The notes: generated by a model from the letters alone, not told the origin. Counted from the first letter of the stretch, positions 22,403 to 32,000 are shown. The stretch is 32,000 bases of DNA from Paenibacillus sp. (GCF_031177825.1 NZ_JAPSKE010000016.1:7774-39773), one strand, 5' to 3'. Translations and numbers: made by a program.

Positions 22403-25264
22403 ATGGCAGCGGCCAATGCGGTAGTCATGGCCGGAAGGGCGTACGCCGCGAAACAAGTAAGGCAAAAAGGGGCGGCGGCGATGGCCGGCGGCGCGAAGTC
22501 GAGGTTCGGTTCCTTGCGCAACGTACGGAACAAGACCGGCACCGGCGCGGCGGCGCTGTCCCCGTCGCTCATATCGGCGTTGGCTCCGGCCGCGTCGCAA
22601 GCGGCGCAGACCGCGGCCCCGACGGCGGCATCGCCGGCCGCGGCGCCGGCGACTGCTCCCGGATTGTGGAGCAAGGTCAAAGGCAAGTGGACGAAGACGC
22701 AAGAGCAATGGACGAAGCTGCAGGGGCATGCGAAGCAGATGGGGGACGCCATCGGCGCGCTGGGCGTCGGGGCGAAGCTGAAGAGCTTCGGCGACGCGAC
22801 GCTCGGCGCGGCGGCGGACTTGGAGTCGAGCCGCATCGGCTTCGACTTCCTGATGAGCAAGCTGAATGCCGGAGCCGGGAAAGGGAAGGGCAAAGGGCCG
22901 GCAAGCGCCAAGGAGCTCGAACAGTCGATCGCCGATTACTGGACGGCGCTGCGGGAGAACGCGCAGATGACGGCCTTCTCGGCGAACGACGTGCTCGCCG
23001 GCGGGATGAAGGCGATCAAGCTGACGAAGGGCGACGCGAAGCAAGCGATGCAGCTCGTGAAGCTGGCCGAGGACATGGCGGCGTTCAATCCCGGGAAGTC
23101 GGTCAAGGAAGCGATGGCCGCCCTCTCGGCGGCGAAGACGCACGATTACTCCAAGATGAAGGAGTTCGGGCTCGAGTTCAAGAAGGGCAGCTGGAATTCG
23201 TTCCTGAAGACCGCCGACGCGTGGTTCCAGGGCGGCGGAGAGAAGTTGAACGCTTCGGCGAACGGCATGTGGGAGATCGTCACCGAAGGGGTGAAGGCGT
23301 CACTGCACAACGCTGGCGTCGCCGCGCTCGAACAGGTGAAGCCCGTCATGCTGCGGCTCGTCAATTGGCTGAGCGGCGGCGGCTTCAAGAAGCTGGAGTC
23401 GATCGCCGCGAAGACGGTGGACGTGTTCGTTAAGGTGTTCCTGTGGATGGCGGACGTGCTTGGACCGGTGTTCGGGTGGCTCGAGCAGGCGCTGGATTGG
23501 ATCGGCGCGAACTTCGAGACGCTGCGGCCGATCCTGAACGGGCTGATCGCCGCGTTCGCGGCGTTCGCCGTCATCTCGACGGTCATGTCCGTCATCTCCG
23601 GCATCGGCACGGCCGTCGCGCTGCTGGCGAACCCTATTTTTTGGGTCGTCGCCGCCATCGGCCTGCTGACCGCGGCTTGGACCGGCAACTGGCTGGGCAT
23701 TCGGGATAAGACGGCGAGCGCGATCGACTGGATCGTCTCGTCGTATCGGTCGCTGAAGGCAGGCATCGAGCGTTTCGTCCAAGAGGCGAAGCAGCTGTTC
23801 AAGGACCTCGGCGCCTGGGCGAAGCAGCTCTGGCAGGACGCCGGCGCCGTTCTCGAGCGGATGGGCCAGGCATTGGGCAAGGCGTTCCAGTCGATTCGCG
23901 CGACCGTCGTCGGCGCGCTGACTTGGATATATAACTTCCACGCGATGGCGTGGGGAGGGATGTGGCGGATCGTCGCCGGCGCAGCTTCGTTCTTTATCGA
24001 TACGATCGGCTCCGCGTTCGGGACGATCCGAAGCATCGTATCCGACGCCTTCGGTACGCTCCTCGACATCGGCCGGGCCGGTATGGAGCTGCTGCGCGGC
24101 ATCTTCGCCGGCGTATGGCAGGGCGCGGCCGGCGACCATGCGGGCGCCGTGAAGACGATCTCGCAGGCGGTCCTCGGCGCGTTCGGCAAGGTCGGCGCGC
24201 TGCTGTCGGGCTTCGCCGATCGGGCGAAGAACCATGCCTCGAGCTTCGTCCTCGGTTATGTTTCGGGGCTGATGAATTTCGGTCAGACCGTGGAACGAGC
24301 CGTGACGCCGATGAGGGACGCGCTCATGTCCGTCCTGCGGAGCGTCGCCGACTTCGCCGTCGCGGCGGGGAAGCGCATCGAAGCCGGCTTCTTCGCCTTC
24401 GTCGACGCGGTCGGTCAAGGCTTAGCGTGGTTCGACCGGACGCTGACGCAAATCCAAACCGACGTGCTCCTCTTCGGCATCCGGCTCGCGCTCGCATTCG
24501 ATCGGGCGATGACGGCCGCCGGCGACTATTTGTCCAAGAAGCTGAAGGAGATCGAAGAAGGCTTCTGGGCGACCCTGCGCCGTATCGGGGAGGCGATCGA
24601 CCAAGGCTTCCAGTCGTTCGTCGCTTGGGCGACCTCCGGCATGGAGCGACTCTGGGCCGCGATCTCTCCGGCACTCCAAGCGATCGGCGAATTCGGCTAC
24701 CTCATGATGGGCATCGCCATCGGCGCGTTCCTGTGGGGACTGCGCATCGTCTACGACCTCCTGACCGGGTTCCTCGATACGGCCGTGTCGTTCGGGGAGC
24801 GGTTCATGACCGGCTTGGTCGAAGGGCTGCAGCAGATGTGGGCCCCGCTGTATCAGAAGGTCATGGCCATCCGGGATTCGATCGCGAGCCTGTTCGGCGG
24901 AACGACGGCGGAGATGACCGTGTCGGTTCAGACGGTGCACGGCAGCCACCGGACGGGGCTCGCCCGCGTGCCGTTCGACGGGTACATCGCGCAGCTGCAC
25001 CGCGGCGAAATGGTGTTGACCTCCGAGCAGGCGGATCGGTACCGAGGCGGTCAGCTGTCCGCGGAGCAGCGTTCCGCGATGCTGCAGCCGTACGGCGCGG
25101 CCGGCGCGGCGCCGACTCCGGCGACGAAGTCGGTGGCGATCTCGAATCTGATCGGCGAGATGCATGTCCACGACGAAGCGGACGAGAACCGGTTCATCGA
25201 GAAGCTGAAGCGGATGCTGGAAGAGGACTTGTTGACGGAAGGGGAGGGCGTCTATGCCGGTTGA
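22403..25264 (+). CDS. Phage tail tape measure protein
   Basis: 953 aa, long helical protein with hydrophobic segments (GLIAAFAAFAVISTVMSVISGIGTAVALLANPIFWVVAAIGLLTAAWTGNWLGI). Position after the chaperone. Ends with RVPFDGYIAQLHRGEMVLTSEQADRY. Confidence 0.92.
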   Translation: MAAANAVVMAGRAYAAKQVRQKGAAAMAGGAKSRFGSLRNVRNKTGTGAAALSPSLISALAPAASQAAQTAAPTAASPAAAPATAPGLWSKVKGKWTKTQEQWTKLQGHAKQMGDAIGALGVGAKLKSFGDATLGAAADLESSRIGFDFLMSKLNAGAGKGKGKGPASAKELEQSIADYWTALRENAQMTAFSANDVLAGGMKAIKLTKGDAKQAMQLVKLAEDMAAFNPGKSVKEAMAALSAAKTHDYSKMKEFGLEFKKGSWNSFLKTADAWFQGGGEKLNASANGMWEIVTEGVKASLHNAGVAALEQVKPVMLRLVNWLSGGGFKKLESIAAKTVDVFVKVFLWMADVLGPVFGWLEQALDWIGANFETLRPILNGLIAAFAAFAVISTVMSVISGIGTAVALLANPIFWVVAAIGLLTAAWTGNWLGIRDKTASAIDWIVSSYRSLKAGIERFVQEAKQLFKDLGAWAKQLWQDAGAVLERMGQALGKAFQSIRATVVGALTWIYNFHAMAWGGMWRIVAGAASFFIDTIGSAFGTIRSIVSDAFGTLLDIGRAGMELLRGIFAGVWQGAAGDHAGAVKTISQAVLGAFGKVGALLSGFADRAKNHASSFVLGYVSGLMNFGQTVERAVTPMRDALMSVLRSVADFAVAAGKRIEAGFFAFVDAVGQGLAWFDRTLTQIQTDVLLFGIRLALAFDRAMTAAGDYLSKKLKEIEEGFWATLRRIGEAIDQGFQSFVAWATSGMERLWAAISPALQAIGEFGYLMMGIAIGAFLWGLRIVYDLLTGFLDTAVSFGERFMTGLVEGLQQMWAPLYQKVMAIRDSIASLFGGTTAEMTVSVQTVHGSHRTGLARVPFDGYIAQLHRGEMVLTSEQADRYRGGQLSAEQRSAMLQPYGAAGAAPTPATKSVAISNLIGEMHVHDEADENRFIEKLKRMLEEDLLTEGEGVYAG

Positions 25265-25907
25265 GTTTTGGTTCACTTACAACAACGGCGAAGAGACGCT
25301 CCGGCTCCCCGTGAATCCCTCCGAATGGAAGGTGTCCGCCGGCTCCGCGAACGAGACGGTATCCGTCCAGAAGCTGGGACAGGTGACCGTCATCCAGAAC
25401 CCCGTCCTGCGGACGTACGAATTGTCCTCCCATTTCCCCCGACATTACGGGCCTTATTGCGCTTATCGAGACATTCCGCCTCCCCGGAGAGGGATCGATC
25501 AGCTGGAGAAGTGGAAGAACAGCGGATTCCCGGTGCAGTTCGTCGTCATTACGTCGGAGCAGCATAAGGAAATCACCGTTCCGGTCACGATCGAATCGCT
25601 CTCGTACCGGGAGATCGCCGGAGACGTCGGCAGCATCTATTACGAGCTGACGCTGCGGGAGTTCAAATACACGAAGCCGCGCACCGTGGAGACGAAGCAG
25701 GAGAGCGGCGAGACGGTGGCCGAGATCAGCAACAAGGGACAGCGTCCCAAGGCGTCGGTGAAGCCGAAGACGTATACGGTGAAGGCGGGCGACACGTTGT
25801 GGGCGATCGATCGCCGCGTCGGCGTGCCGTACGAGAAGATCGCCGCCGCCAACGGGATCAAGCCGCCGTATACGATCCGGCCGAACCAGGTGTTGGTGAT
25901 CCCATGA
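25254..25907 (+). CDS. xkdP: LysM-domain tail protein (XkdP-like)
   Basis: FWFTYNNGEETLRLPVNPSEWKV...ITVPVTIESLSYREIAGDVGSIYYELTLREFKY plus C-terminal LysM TYTVKAGDTLWAIDRRVGVPYEKIAAANGIKPPYTIRPNQVLVIP. Confidence 0.9.
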   Translation: MPVEFWFTYNNGEETLRLPVNPSEWKVSAGSANETVSVQKLGQVTVIQNPVLRTYELSSHFPRHYGPYCAYRDIPPPRRGIDQLEKWKNSGFPVQFVVITSEQHKEITVPVTIESLSYREIAGDVGSIYYELTLREFKYTKPRTVETKQESGETVAEISNKGQRPKASVKPKTYTVKAGDTLWAIDRRVGVPYEKIAAANGIKPPYTIRPNQVLVIP

Positions 25908-26866
25908 TCCAACTGCTGCTCGCCTTGGAGAACGGAACGGTCGACATGACCGAATTGGTGGAGACCGTCGAATGGTCGGGGAACGCGCAGAAGGCGGTCC
26001 GCAAGCTGACGGTCGGCCTGCTGCATCTCTCGGAGAACGGAAGCGTCCCGCCTCCGGTTCCGAACGGAACCGGCGTGCTGTTCCGGTACGGGGAGGAGGA
26101 GCTGTTCCGGGGCAACGTCTTCAACGCCGATTACAAGCCCGGCAAGCTCGGCCTGACCTGCTACGACCAGATGATTTATTTGACGAACAACAAGGATTCC
26201 TATGTATTCAAAAGCATGAAGGCGTCGGCGGTGCTCGCGAAGCTGTGCGCGGACTTCTCGATTCCGATCGGTTCGATCAAGGATACCGAGTACGTCATCC
26301 CGTATATGGTGTGCGACGAAGAGACGCTCTTCGATATGGCGAAGAAGGCGCTCGGGATTACGTATCGCCACCAGGGGGTGCGGTACTCGCTCTTTTCCCG
26401 GGAGGGGAAGGTGCAGCTGGTGCCTTACAAGGAGAATACCCGAAAATGGGTCATCGAGTCCGGGCTGAATTTGGTCGATTACTCGTACGTCGAATCGATC
26501 GAGAATACCGTCACGAAAGTGAAGCTGCAGGGCGGGGAGGAGAAGCAAACCTTGGTCGCCACCGCCGAGAACAAGTCGCTTCAGAAGCAGTTCGGCGTGC
26601 TGCAGCACTACGAGAAAATCAAGGATAAACAAAACCGGGCGCAGCTGCAGGAGGCGGCGAACCGGATGCTGGCGGAGAAAGGAAAGGCGACGAAGACGCT
26701 GCGGCTGGACGAAGCGCTCGGCATCGCCGAGGTCGTCTCGGGCACGACGATCGTCGCGAAGGTGCCGGAGCTCGGCATCGAGCGGACGTACGCCGTCGAA
26801 GAGGACGCTCACCGGTTCAAGGGCAAATATCATTCGATGTCGCTGACGTTGACGGAGATGACGTAA
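25904..26866 (+). CDS. xkdQ: Baseplate hub protein (XkdQ-like)
   Basis: ATG overlaps the upstream stop (ATGA). VEWSGNAQKAVRKLTVGLL...GVLFRYGEEELFRGNVFNADYKPGKLGLTCYDQMIYLTNNKDSYVF. Confidence 0.88.
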   Translation: MIQLLLALENGTVDMTELVETVEWSGNAQKAVRKLTVGLLHLSENGSVPPPVPNGTGVLFRYGEEELFRGNVFNADYKPGKLGLTCYDQMIYLTNNKDSYVFKSMKASAVLAKLCADFSIPIGSIKDTEYVIPYMVCDEETLFDMAKKALGITYRHQGVRYSLFSREGKVQLVPYKENTRKWVIESGLNLVDYSYVESIENTVTKVKLQGGEEKQTLVATAENKSLQKQFGVLQHYEKIKDKQNRAQLQEAANRMLAEKGKATKTLRLDEALGIAEVVSGTTIVAKVPELGIERTYAVEEDAHRFKGKYHSMSLTLTEMT

Positions 26867-26891
26867 GGGGGAGTCGCGCATCGCGGAATCG

Positions 26892-27338
26892 TTGGGGCAA
26901 TTGATCAAGCGGCATAGCATTAAGAGCGTGCAATCGCTGCGGCTGCCGGAGCTGATGGAGGCCGAGGTCGTATCCGGCGCGCCGGATTTGAAGATCAAGC
27001 TCAAGGGCAGCGATAAGCTGATCATCCCGAAAGAGCTGATCGTCGTCGCGGAGCATCTATGCCGGGTGCATCGCAAGGCGAATCTTACGAACGTCGGGAA
27101 GACGTCGATTTCGAAGCAGACGTTCACGGCGGACACGGACCTGGTCATGCAGCATCAGCATTCCGTATCCGTGGACGTCGAGTTGAAGGAGCGCGATTTT
27201 ACCGCGGAGCAGAGCGAGATTCATTTTCTGAACGAGGACAGCGAAGACGATCTGCTGAAGAAGGGCGACAAGGTGATGGCGCTCTCGTTCGAAGGCGGCC
27301 AGAAGTTCTTCGTTCTGGATCGCATCGTGACGTATTAA
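26892..27338 (+). CDS. xkdR: DUF2577-like (XkdR-like) tail protein, copy 1
   Basis: QLIKRHSIKSVQSLRLPELMEAEVVSGAPDLKIKLKGSDKLIIPKELIVVAEHLCRV...GDKVMALSFEGGQKFFVLDRIVTY. Uses TTG 26892 or possibly non-canonical ATC 26880 as start. Confidence 0.8.
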   Translation: MGQLIKRHSIKSVQSLRLPELMEAEVVSGAPDLKIKLKGSDKLIIPKELIVVAEHLCRVHRKANLTNVGKTSISKQTFTADTDLVMQHQHSVSVDVELKERDFTAEQSEIHFLNEDSEDDLLKKGDKVMALSFEGGQKFFVLDRIVTY

Positions 27339-27356
27339 CGCGGGAGGAGGGAGCGC

Positions 27357-27839
27357 ATGTCGTTCGGGGAATTGGTGAAGCGGCACTGCCTCGCGAGCGT
27401 GCAGTCGCTGGGGCTGCTGGAGCCGATGGAAGCCGAGGTCGTCTCGGATGCGCCGGACCTGAAGATCAAGCTGAAGGGCAACGATAAGCTGATCATTCCG
27501 AAGGAGCTGCTCGTCGTCGCGGAACGGCTGTGCCGGGTCAGGCGCAAGGCGAACATTACGAACGCCGAGAAGGCGGCGATCTCGTCCCAGTCGTTCGAAG
27601 CGACCGTCGCGATCGGGGCCCCGGTGGGCAAGAACGATCCGATTCCGCCGGCCCACGATCATCAGTTTACCGTGTCCGTCGCTTTGAAGGACCGGAAGCT
27701 GGAGCTCCTCGAGGGCGAGATCCATTACATACGCGAGGACGACAAGGACGATACGCTGCGAACGGGCGACCGCGTGATGGCGTTCGCCTTCGAGGGCGGC
27801 CAGAAATATTTCGTGTACGATCGCATCGTGCATTATTAA
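27357..27839 (+). CDS. DUF2577-like (XkdR-like) tail protein, copy 2
   Basis: Clearly homologous to copy 1 (MEAEVVSDAPDLKIKLKGNDKLIIPKELLVVAERLCRVRRKAN...GDRVMAFAFEGGQKYFVYDRIVHY). RBS GGAGGAGGG upstream. Confidence 0.85.
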   Translation: MSFGELVKRHCLASVQSLGLLEPMEAEVVSDAPDLKIKLKGNDKLIIPKELLVVAERLCRVRRKANITNAEKAAISSQSFEATVAIGAPVGKNDPIPPAHDHQFTVSVALKDRKLELLEGEIHYIREDDKDDTLRTGDRVMAFAFEGGQKYFVYDRIVHY

Positions 27840-27862
27840 TCGTCGGAGGCAGGCGAGGAGGC

Positions 27863-28264
27863 ATGGGACTTACTCCCGAAATCGAATTTCCGACCGTCAT
27901 CCAGAAGAAGGCGCCCGCGCTGCGCACCTATAAGCTCGACTTCGAGACGGGCGAGATCGGCCGGCGGATCGACGGGGCGGAAGCCATTCAACAGCTGATT
28001 CATAAGGCCGTCCGGACGATACGGTTCAGCCACCCGATCTATTCGGACGACTACGGCTGCGAAATTCAACATATGCTCGGTAAACCGTTTTCCCAAGGCT
28101 TTATTCAAGTCGAGATGGTTCGGATGATTACCGAAGCGCTCGTATACGACGAACGCATTCACCGGGTGTACGATTTCACGATCGCTTCGGAAAACGACGA
28201 GGTGTACATCGCCTTCTTCGCCGACACGACGCAAGGGACGATTCGTTACGAAGGGGTGTTGTAG
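27863..28264 (+). CDS. xkdS: DUF2634-like baseplate protein (XkdS-like)
   Basis: ALRTYKLDFETGEIGRRIDGAEAIQQLIHKAVRTIRFSHPIYSDDYGCEIQHMLGKPF. Start reassigned from 27530 to 27863, with GAGGAGG upstream. Confidence 0.85.
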   Translation: MGLTPEIEFPTVIQKKAPALRTYKLDFETGEIGRRIDGAEAIQQLIHKAVRTIRFSHPIYSDDYGCEIQHMLGKPFSQGFIQVEMVRMITEALVYDERIHRVYDFTIASENDEVYIAFFADTTQGTIRYEGVL

Positions 28265-28265
28265 C

Positions 28266-29288
28266 ATGGAACAAACTTCGGCGCTCGGCTTCGAGGCGAA
28301 GCTGCAGCAGCTGCTCGCCCGCGTCGACGACGGACTCGACAAGAGCGAGGGCTCGGTCATCTACGACGCCTTGGCCCCGATCGCGATGCAGCTGTGGATC
28401 GAAGAGAGCAAGTTCCGGAGCATCTTGGAGCAAGCGTTCGCCGTGACGGCGGAGGGGCGATTTTTGGATTCGATCGCCAAGGATTACGGGCTCGAGCGGA
28501 CGCCGGCCGCGGCGGCAAGAGTCGAGTTGGAGTTTACCGGCGTCATGGGCGCCGCGATTCCGGACGGCACGACGGTCGGGATCGAGAACTCGGACCTGAC
28601 GTTCGCGACGATCGGGAACGCGACGATCGGCTCCGACGGGAAAGCGGCGGTGCCCGCCCGATGCAAGCAGCCGGGCCCGGCGGGCAACGTGAACGCGGAT
28701 ACGATCCGCCTGCTGTTCGACCCGGTCAAGGACATCTGGACCGTGAACAACAAGCGGCCCGCCGCCGGCGGCCTCGATCAAGAGGCGGACGTCGCGCTCC
28801 GGGAACGGATTCTATACCAGAAGCGCAACCCCGAGCACGGCGGGACCGAATCGGACTATAAGCGCTGGGCGCTGTCCGTCACCGGGGTGACGTACGCGGA
28901 CGCGATCAACTGCAAGCGGGGGCTCGGCACGGTCGACGTCGTCATCGACTGCGAGGGGGACGACGAGGCCCGGGAGGCGATCTTCGCGGAAGTCCGGGAG
29001 TTGATCGACCGGAAGAAGCCGCTCGGCGTCGACGTGATCGTCGCGCCGGTCGTTCCGCGAGAGCAGCGGGTCGTCGTTCGCGTATCGGGACTCGGCGAAG
29101 CCGCCGCGAAGCAGGCGGTGCACCAGTATCTACGCACGATCGAGATCGGCGGCACGATCTATCTCTCGAAGATCGTGGCGGCCGTCATCGTCGCCGGCGC
29201 CTCGGACGCCGTCGTGCTCGAGCCGGAGGAAAACCTTCCGCTGCCCGAATCGAGCAGCTTGAAGGCGGAGGTCGTGATTCTCTTATGA
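28266..29288 (+). CDS. xkdT: Baseplate J-like protein (XkdT-like)
   Basis: EGSVIYDALAPIAMQLWIEESKF...FLDSIAKDYGLERTPAAAARVELEFTGVMGAAIPDGTTV...DVALRERILYQKRNPEHGGTESDYKRWALSVTGVTYA. Confidence 0.92.
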   Translation: MEQTSALGFEAKLQQLLARVDDGLDKSEGSVIYDALAPIAMQLWIEESKFRSILEQAFAVTAEGRFLDSIAKDYGLERTPAAAARVELEFTGVMGAAIPDGTTVGIENSDLTFATIGNATIGSDGKAAVPARCKQPGPAGNVNADTIRLLFDPVKDIWTVNNKRPAAGGLDQEADVALRERILYQKRNPEHGGTESDYKRWALSVTGVTYADAINCKRGLGTVDVVIDCEGDDEAREAIFAEVRELIDRKKPLGVDVIVAPVVPREQRVVVRVSGLGEAAAKQAVHQYLRTIEIGGTIYLSKIVAAVIVAGASDAVVLEPEENLPLPESSSLKAEVVILL

Positions 29289-30010
29289 CGTCCTTGATCC
29301 GCTACCTGCCGGAATATTACCGGGAGAGCCGGCAGATGAACGCGATCCTGGACGCGGCGGCGCCGGACATTCCCGACGTGGAAGGGCGCCTTCTGCACGC
29401 GCTGTTCTTGTCCGAGGCGCCGGAGGAATGGCTCGAGCTGTGGAAGCGGGAGCTGCAGGCGCCGGACCGGGACGCGCTGCTCGCCAAGCTGCGTTCCTCG
29501 GGCACTTTGAATTTAGATACGATTCTGGCGCTCGGCCTAACGGCGACGGAAACGTACCGGCTCAGCCCGGAAGACGGCTACACGTTGTCCGGGGACGATG
29601 CGGTGTTTCCGGACGGAGCGTTCTACGGTCCGCTGATCTCGGCGATTCACGTCGAGCCGGAGCAGGTCGAGGTCGTCCGCAAGCTGATCCAGATCAGCGG
29701 ATTCGCGGGCTTCCGTTATTGGTTGGCCGTCCATGCGAAATCATCCGTTCGGACCCAACCGCCGAAGGCGGGCATGCTGCGGAGCGTCTATCCGGGGATC
29801 GACCGCGAGACGAAGCTGTCCTATGACGAGCTCAGCGGACGCAGCGTCGACACCGCAGGCAGCGTCGCCTTGGTTCGGAGCCACGCGGCCGACGCGGCGA
29901 GAGCGGCGTGGTGGTCCCCGAACCTCTTCTTCACCGACTCGCTTCGCTACACGGACGAGACGGTCCGCACGCAGCAAGCCGCCGCGACCGTCGTACGACA
30001 ACCGATGTAG
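29285..30010 (+). CDS. xkdU: Baseplate wedge protein, DUF2313/YmfQ-like (XkdU-like)
   Basis: 241 aa, SLIRYLPEYYRESRQMNAILDAAAPDIPDVEGRLLHALFL...LDTILALGLTATETYRLSPEDGYTLSGD. Overlaps the upstream stop. Confidence 0.82.
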   Translation: MTSLIRYLPEYYRESRQMNAILDAAAPDIPDVEGRLLHALFLSEAPEEWLELWKRELQAPDRDALLAKLRSSGTLNLDTILALGLTATETYRLSPEDGYTLSGDDAVFPDGAFYGPLISAIHVEPEQVEVVRKLIQISGFAGFRYWLAVHAKSSVRTQPPKAGMLRSVYPGIDRETKLSYDELSGRSVDTAGSVALVRSHAADAARAAWWSPNLFFTDSLRYTDETVRTQQAAATVVRQPM

Positions 30011-30041
30011 AAGCAGGAGTAGTAGGAGAAGGGGAAGGAGT

Positions 30042-30089
<48 letters not shown>

Positions 30090-30100
30090 AGGTAAAGCAC

Positions 30101-30616
30101 ATGGGAGTCAGCTATACGGCGTCGGTGGCCGGGATGCGCACGTTCCAAGCGCTGCATCTCGTGCGAACGACCGACGTCTGGATCGGCATCGGCAAGTCGA
30201 CGCCGTGGAACGAGGCGGACAGCGCGCCCGAGGTATCCGGTTCGTCGTCCTTGACGGAGCCGATCGGATATAAGAAGGCGGAGAAGGTCCGATTCGTCGT
30301 GCCCGACGCGGAAGGCGACATCGTTCAATTCGAGCAGCGGTGGAGGCTGGTCACCGAGGAAGAGGGACGGCAGAGCCTCGCCCGTTGGGTGTACGTCGCG
30401 GCGTGGATCGCCGGCGACGAGCTGCCCGCCGTCAGCTATCGGCAAAGCGCGATCGTGACGGGGCTGACGCTCGCGCCGGAGACGCCGCCCGGGAAGCTGG
30501 CGGTGCTGGCCGCGGAGGTCGGCGATCACGGGCTGCCCTTGGTCGTGAACTACCGCTCGCCGATTCATCGCGCGGCGGATCAACGGGAGTATCTCGAATT
30601 TATCGTGGAGTTCTGA
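30101..30616 (+). CDS. Hypothetical phage tail-module protein
   Basis: 171 aa, MGVSYTASVAGMRTFQALHLVRTTDVWIGIGKSTPWNEADSAPEV...EKVRFVVPDAEGDIVQFEQRWRLV. RBS GGAGG at the end of the repeat tract. Confidence 0.75.
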   Translation: MGVSYTASVAGMRTFQALHLVRTTDVWIGIGKSTPWNEADSAPEVSGSSSLTEPIGYKKAEKVRFVVPDAEGDIVQFEQRWRLVTEEEGRQSLARWVYVAAWIAGDELPAVSYRQSAIVTGLTLAPETPPGKLAVLAAEVGDHGLPLVVNYRSPIHRAADQREYLEFIVEF

Positions 30617-30647
30617 TGGGTTTGTCTAGGAGGAGGAGCGTCTCGCT

Positions 30648-32000
30648 ATGAGTGTGTACAATCGATTCGACCCGGCCGACCGCTGGGTATCGCTGCAGGC
30701 GAGGAGCGGCCGGCGGCTCCAATCGGCCGAGCTGAACGAAATCCAATCGCTCGCGCTGCACCGCGACAAGCGGATGGGCGACGTCATCTTCGGTTCGGGC
30801 CATATTATCGAAGGCGGTCAGGTGTTCGTGTCGCCTCCGCCCGGGAACGAGGCCATCATCTTTCCCGCCTCCGTCTATTTCGACGGCATGATTCACGACA
30901 TCGGGGAGAAGCGTATCCCGATTACCCGGCAAGGCGAAGAAATCATCGGACTGAAGATCGTCTACGAGACGGTGACGCACGAGACGGAGCCCAAGCTGCT
31001 CGATCCGGCGGTCGGCTACGCGAATTTCGGCTCGCCCGGGATGGATCGACGGAAGGCGTCGCCGGAGTGGGTGTTGAACGATCCCGCCGCGACGCCGATG
31101 TACCGGCTCGCGAACGGCGAAGTGGTCACGGCCAAGGTGCCGCCGGAGCTGGAGGGCTTTACGCCCGTACTGGCTCGGCGCACGCACGATACGAGCGGAA
31201 GCTTCCTCGTCTCGGGCATGGACGGCTTCATCGAGCCGGCCGAGGGAGAGTATGTGAATCTAGTCATCGAAGCGGGGAAGGCGTACGTCCTCGGCTACGA
31301 GATCAACCGGCTCGTCCCGACGCGCATACGGCTTCGGAAATCGCTCGACGCCAGAAGCGTATCGGACGAAGTGAAGGTGTATAAGGACGCGGGCTCGGGC
31401 GCCGAACCGGTCTATACGCTGAACAGCAAGCCCGTGAAGGCGATCCGCGAAATTACGGCTCGGGTACAGCTCCAGACCGACGTCACGCGCCAAACCGGGG
31501 CGGCGGATCCGCTCCCCGAAGAGGCCGTCGTCGATATCGTACGGGTGATGTACAAAGACAAAAATTATGTCAAAGGAACGCACTACCAGCTCGTCGACAA
31601 CAGCGTCGATTGGTCGATCGGGAACGACCGGCCCGCCGTCGGGGACACGTACTCGGTCGTCTATCAGTTTATGCGGCAGATGGTCCAAGACGAGGATTAT
31701 CGACTGGACGCCTCCGCGAACGGGGTCGCGTGGCTGAACAAGATGCGCCCGGTGCCCGACTCGCTCTTCAATGTCACCTATGACTACTATTTAGCCCGCA
31801 AGGACGCCTTCTACTTGACCCCCGACGGGCAAATTCGAATCGCGACGGGACAATCGGACGTACATCCGCCGCTGCCGCCCGTTCCGCCGGACATCCTCGA
31901 GCTCGGGGAGCTTCACTTCCCTCCGGCGAGCGCCGAGGTCGCCGTCGTGAACTACAAGCCCAAGCGGCTGACCATGCTGGAGCTGCGTTCGCTGCTCGAT
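30648..32000 (+). CDS. DUF4815-like phage tail/baseplate-associated protein, 3'-truncated by the window
   Basis: Open from ATG 30648 to the last base (451 codons, no stop), MSVYNRFDPADRWVSLQARSGRRLQSAELNEIQSLALHRDKRMGDVIFGSGHIIEGGQVF.... RBS AGGAGGAGG. Absent from the supplied ORF track. Confidence 0.85.
   Translation, partial: MSVYNRFDPADRWVSLQARSGRRLQSAELNEIQSLALHRDKRMGDVIFGSGHIIEGGQVFVSPPPGNEAIIFPASVYFDGMIHDIGEKRIPITRQGEEIIGLKIVYETVTHETEPKLLDPAVGYANFGSPGMDRRKASPEWVLNDPAATPMYRLANGEVVTAKVPPELEGFTPVLARRTHDTSGSFLVSGMDGFIEPAEGEYVNLVIEAGKAYVLGYEINRLVPTRIRLRKSLDARSVSDEVKVYKDAGSGAEPVYTLNSKPVKAIREITARVQLQTDVTRQTGAADPLPEEAVVDIVRVMYKDKNYVKGTHYQLVDNSVDWSIGNDRPAVGDTYSVVYQFMRQMVQDEDYRLDASANGVAWLNKMRPVPDSLFNVTYDYYLARKDAFYLTPDGQIRIATGQSDVHPPLPPVPPDILELGELHFPPASAEVAVVNYKPKRLTMLELRSLLD

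Overview
High-GC Firmicute (Paenibacillaceae-like) chromosomal segment. The left ~18.3 kb is host-type sequence. It holds a 5'-truncated LuxR/ATPase regulator, a secreted NHL-propeller/cadherin-like protein, a TauE/SafE permease, a TerC-family protein, a TetR + SDR pair with three shared palindromic operators, a cupin, a second LuxR/ATPase regulator and an MFS transporter. The most interesting part of this half is 8980-12129. There a class I isoprenoid-synthase-like protein (DDAMD ... DDRADWRED motifs) is followed by an 81-aa NHLP-type RiPP precursor whose Cys-free C-terminus is ...SDGGSDEVQYVWS. Tail-to-tail with the precursor, and overlapping it by 4 nt at the stop codons, lies a multi-TM sensor histidine kinase. 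This set resembles ComQ/ComX/ComP (isoprenyl transferase, Trp-containing peptide, membrane kinase) but uses a different leader and kinase class. It is a candidate isoprenyl-modified peptide or signalling system. The right ~13.3 kb is a PBSX/XkdK-type contractile tail module: ArpU-like regulator, sheath, tube, XkdN-like chaperone, tape measure, LysM protein, hub, two tandem DUF2577-like genes, XkdS/T/U-like baseplate genes and a DUF4815-like protein. No capsid, portal or terminase genes are visible, so it may be tailocin-like. Its tail chaperone gene carries a canonical -1 frameshift heptamer (A AAA AAC) directly before the stop, with a 58-codon -1 extension that the supplied ORF track does not list. 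The 451-codon ORF open at the right edge is also absent from the track.
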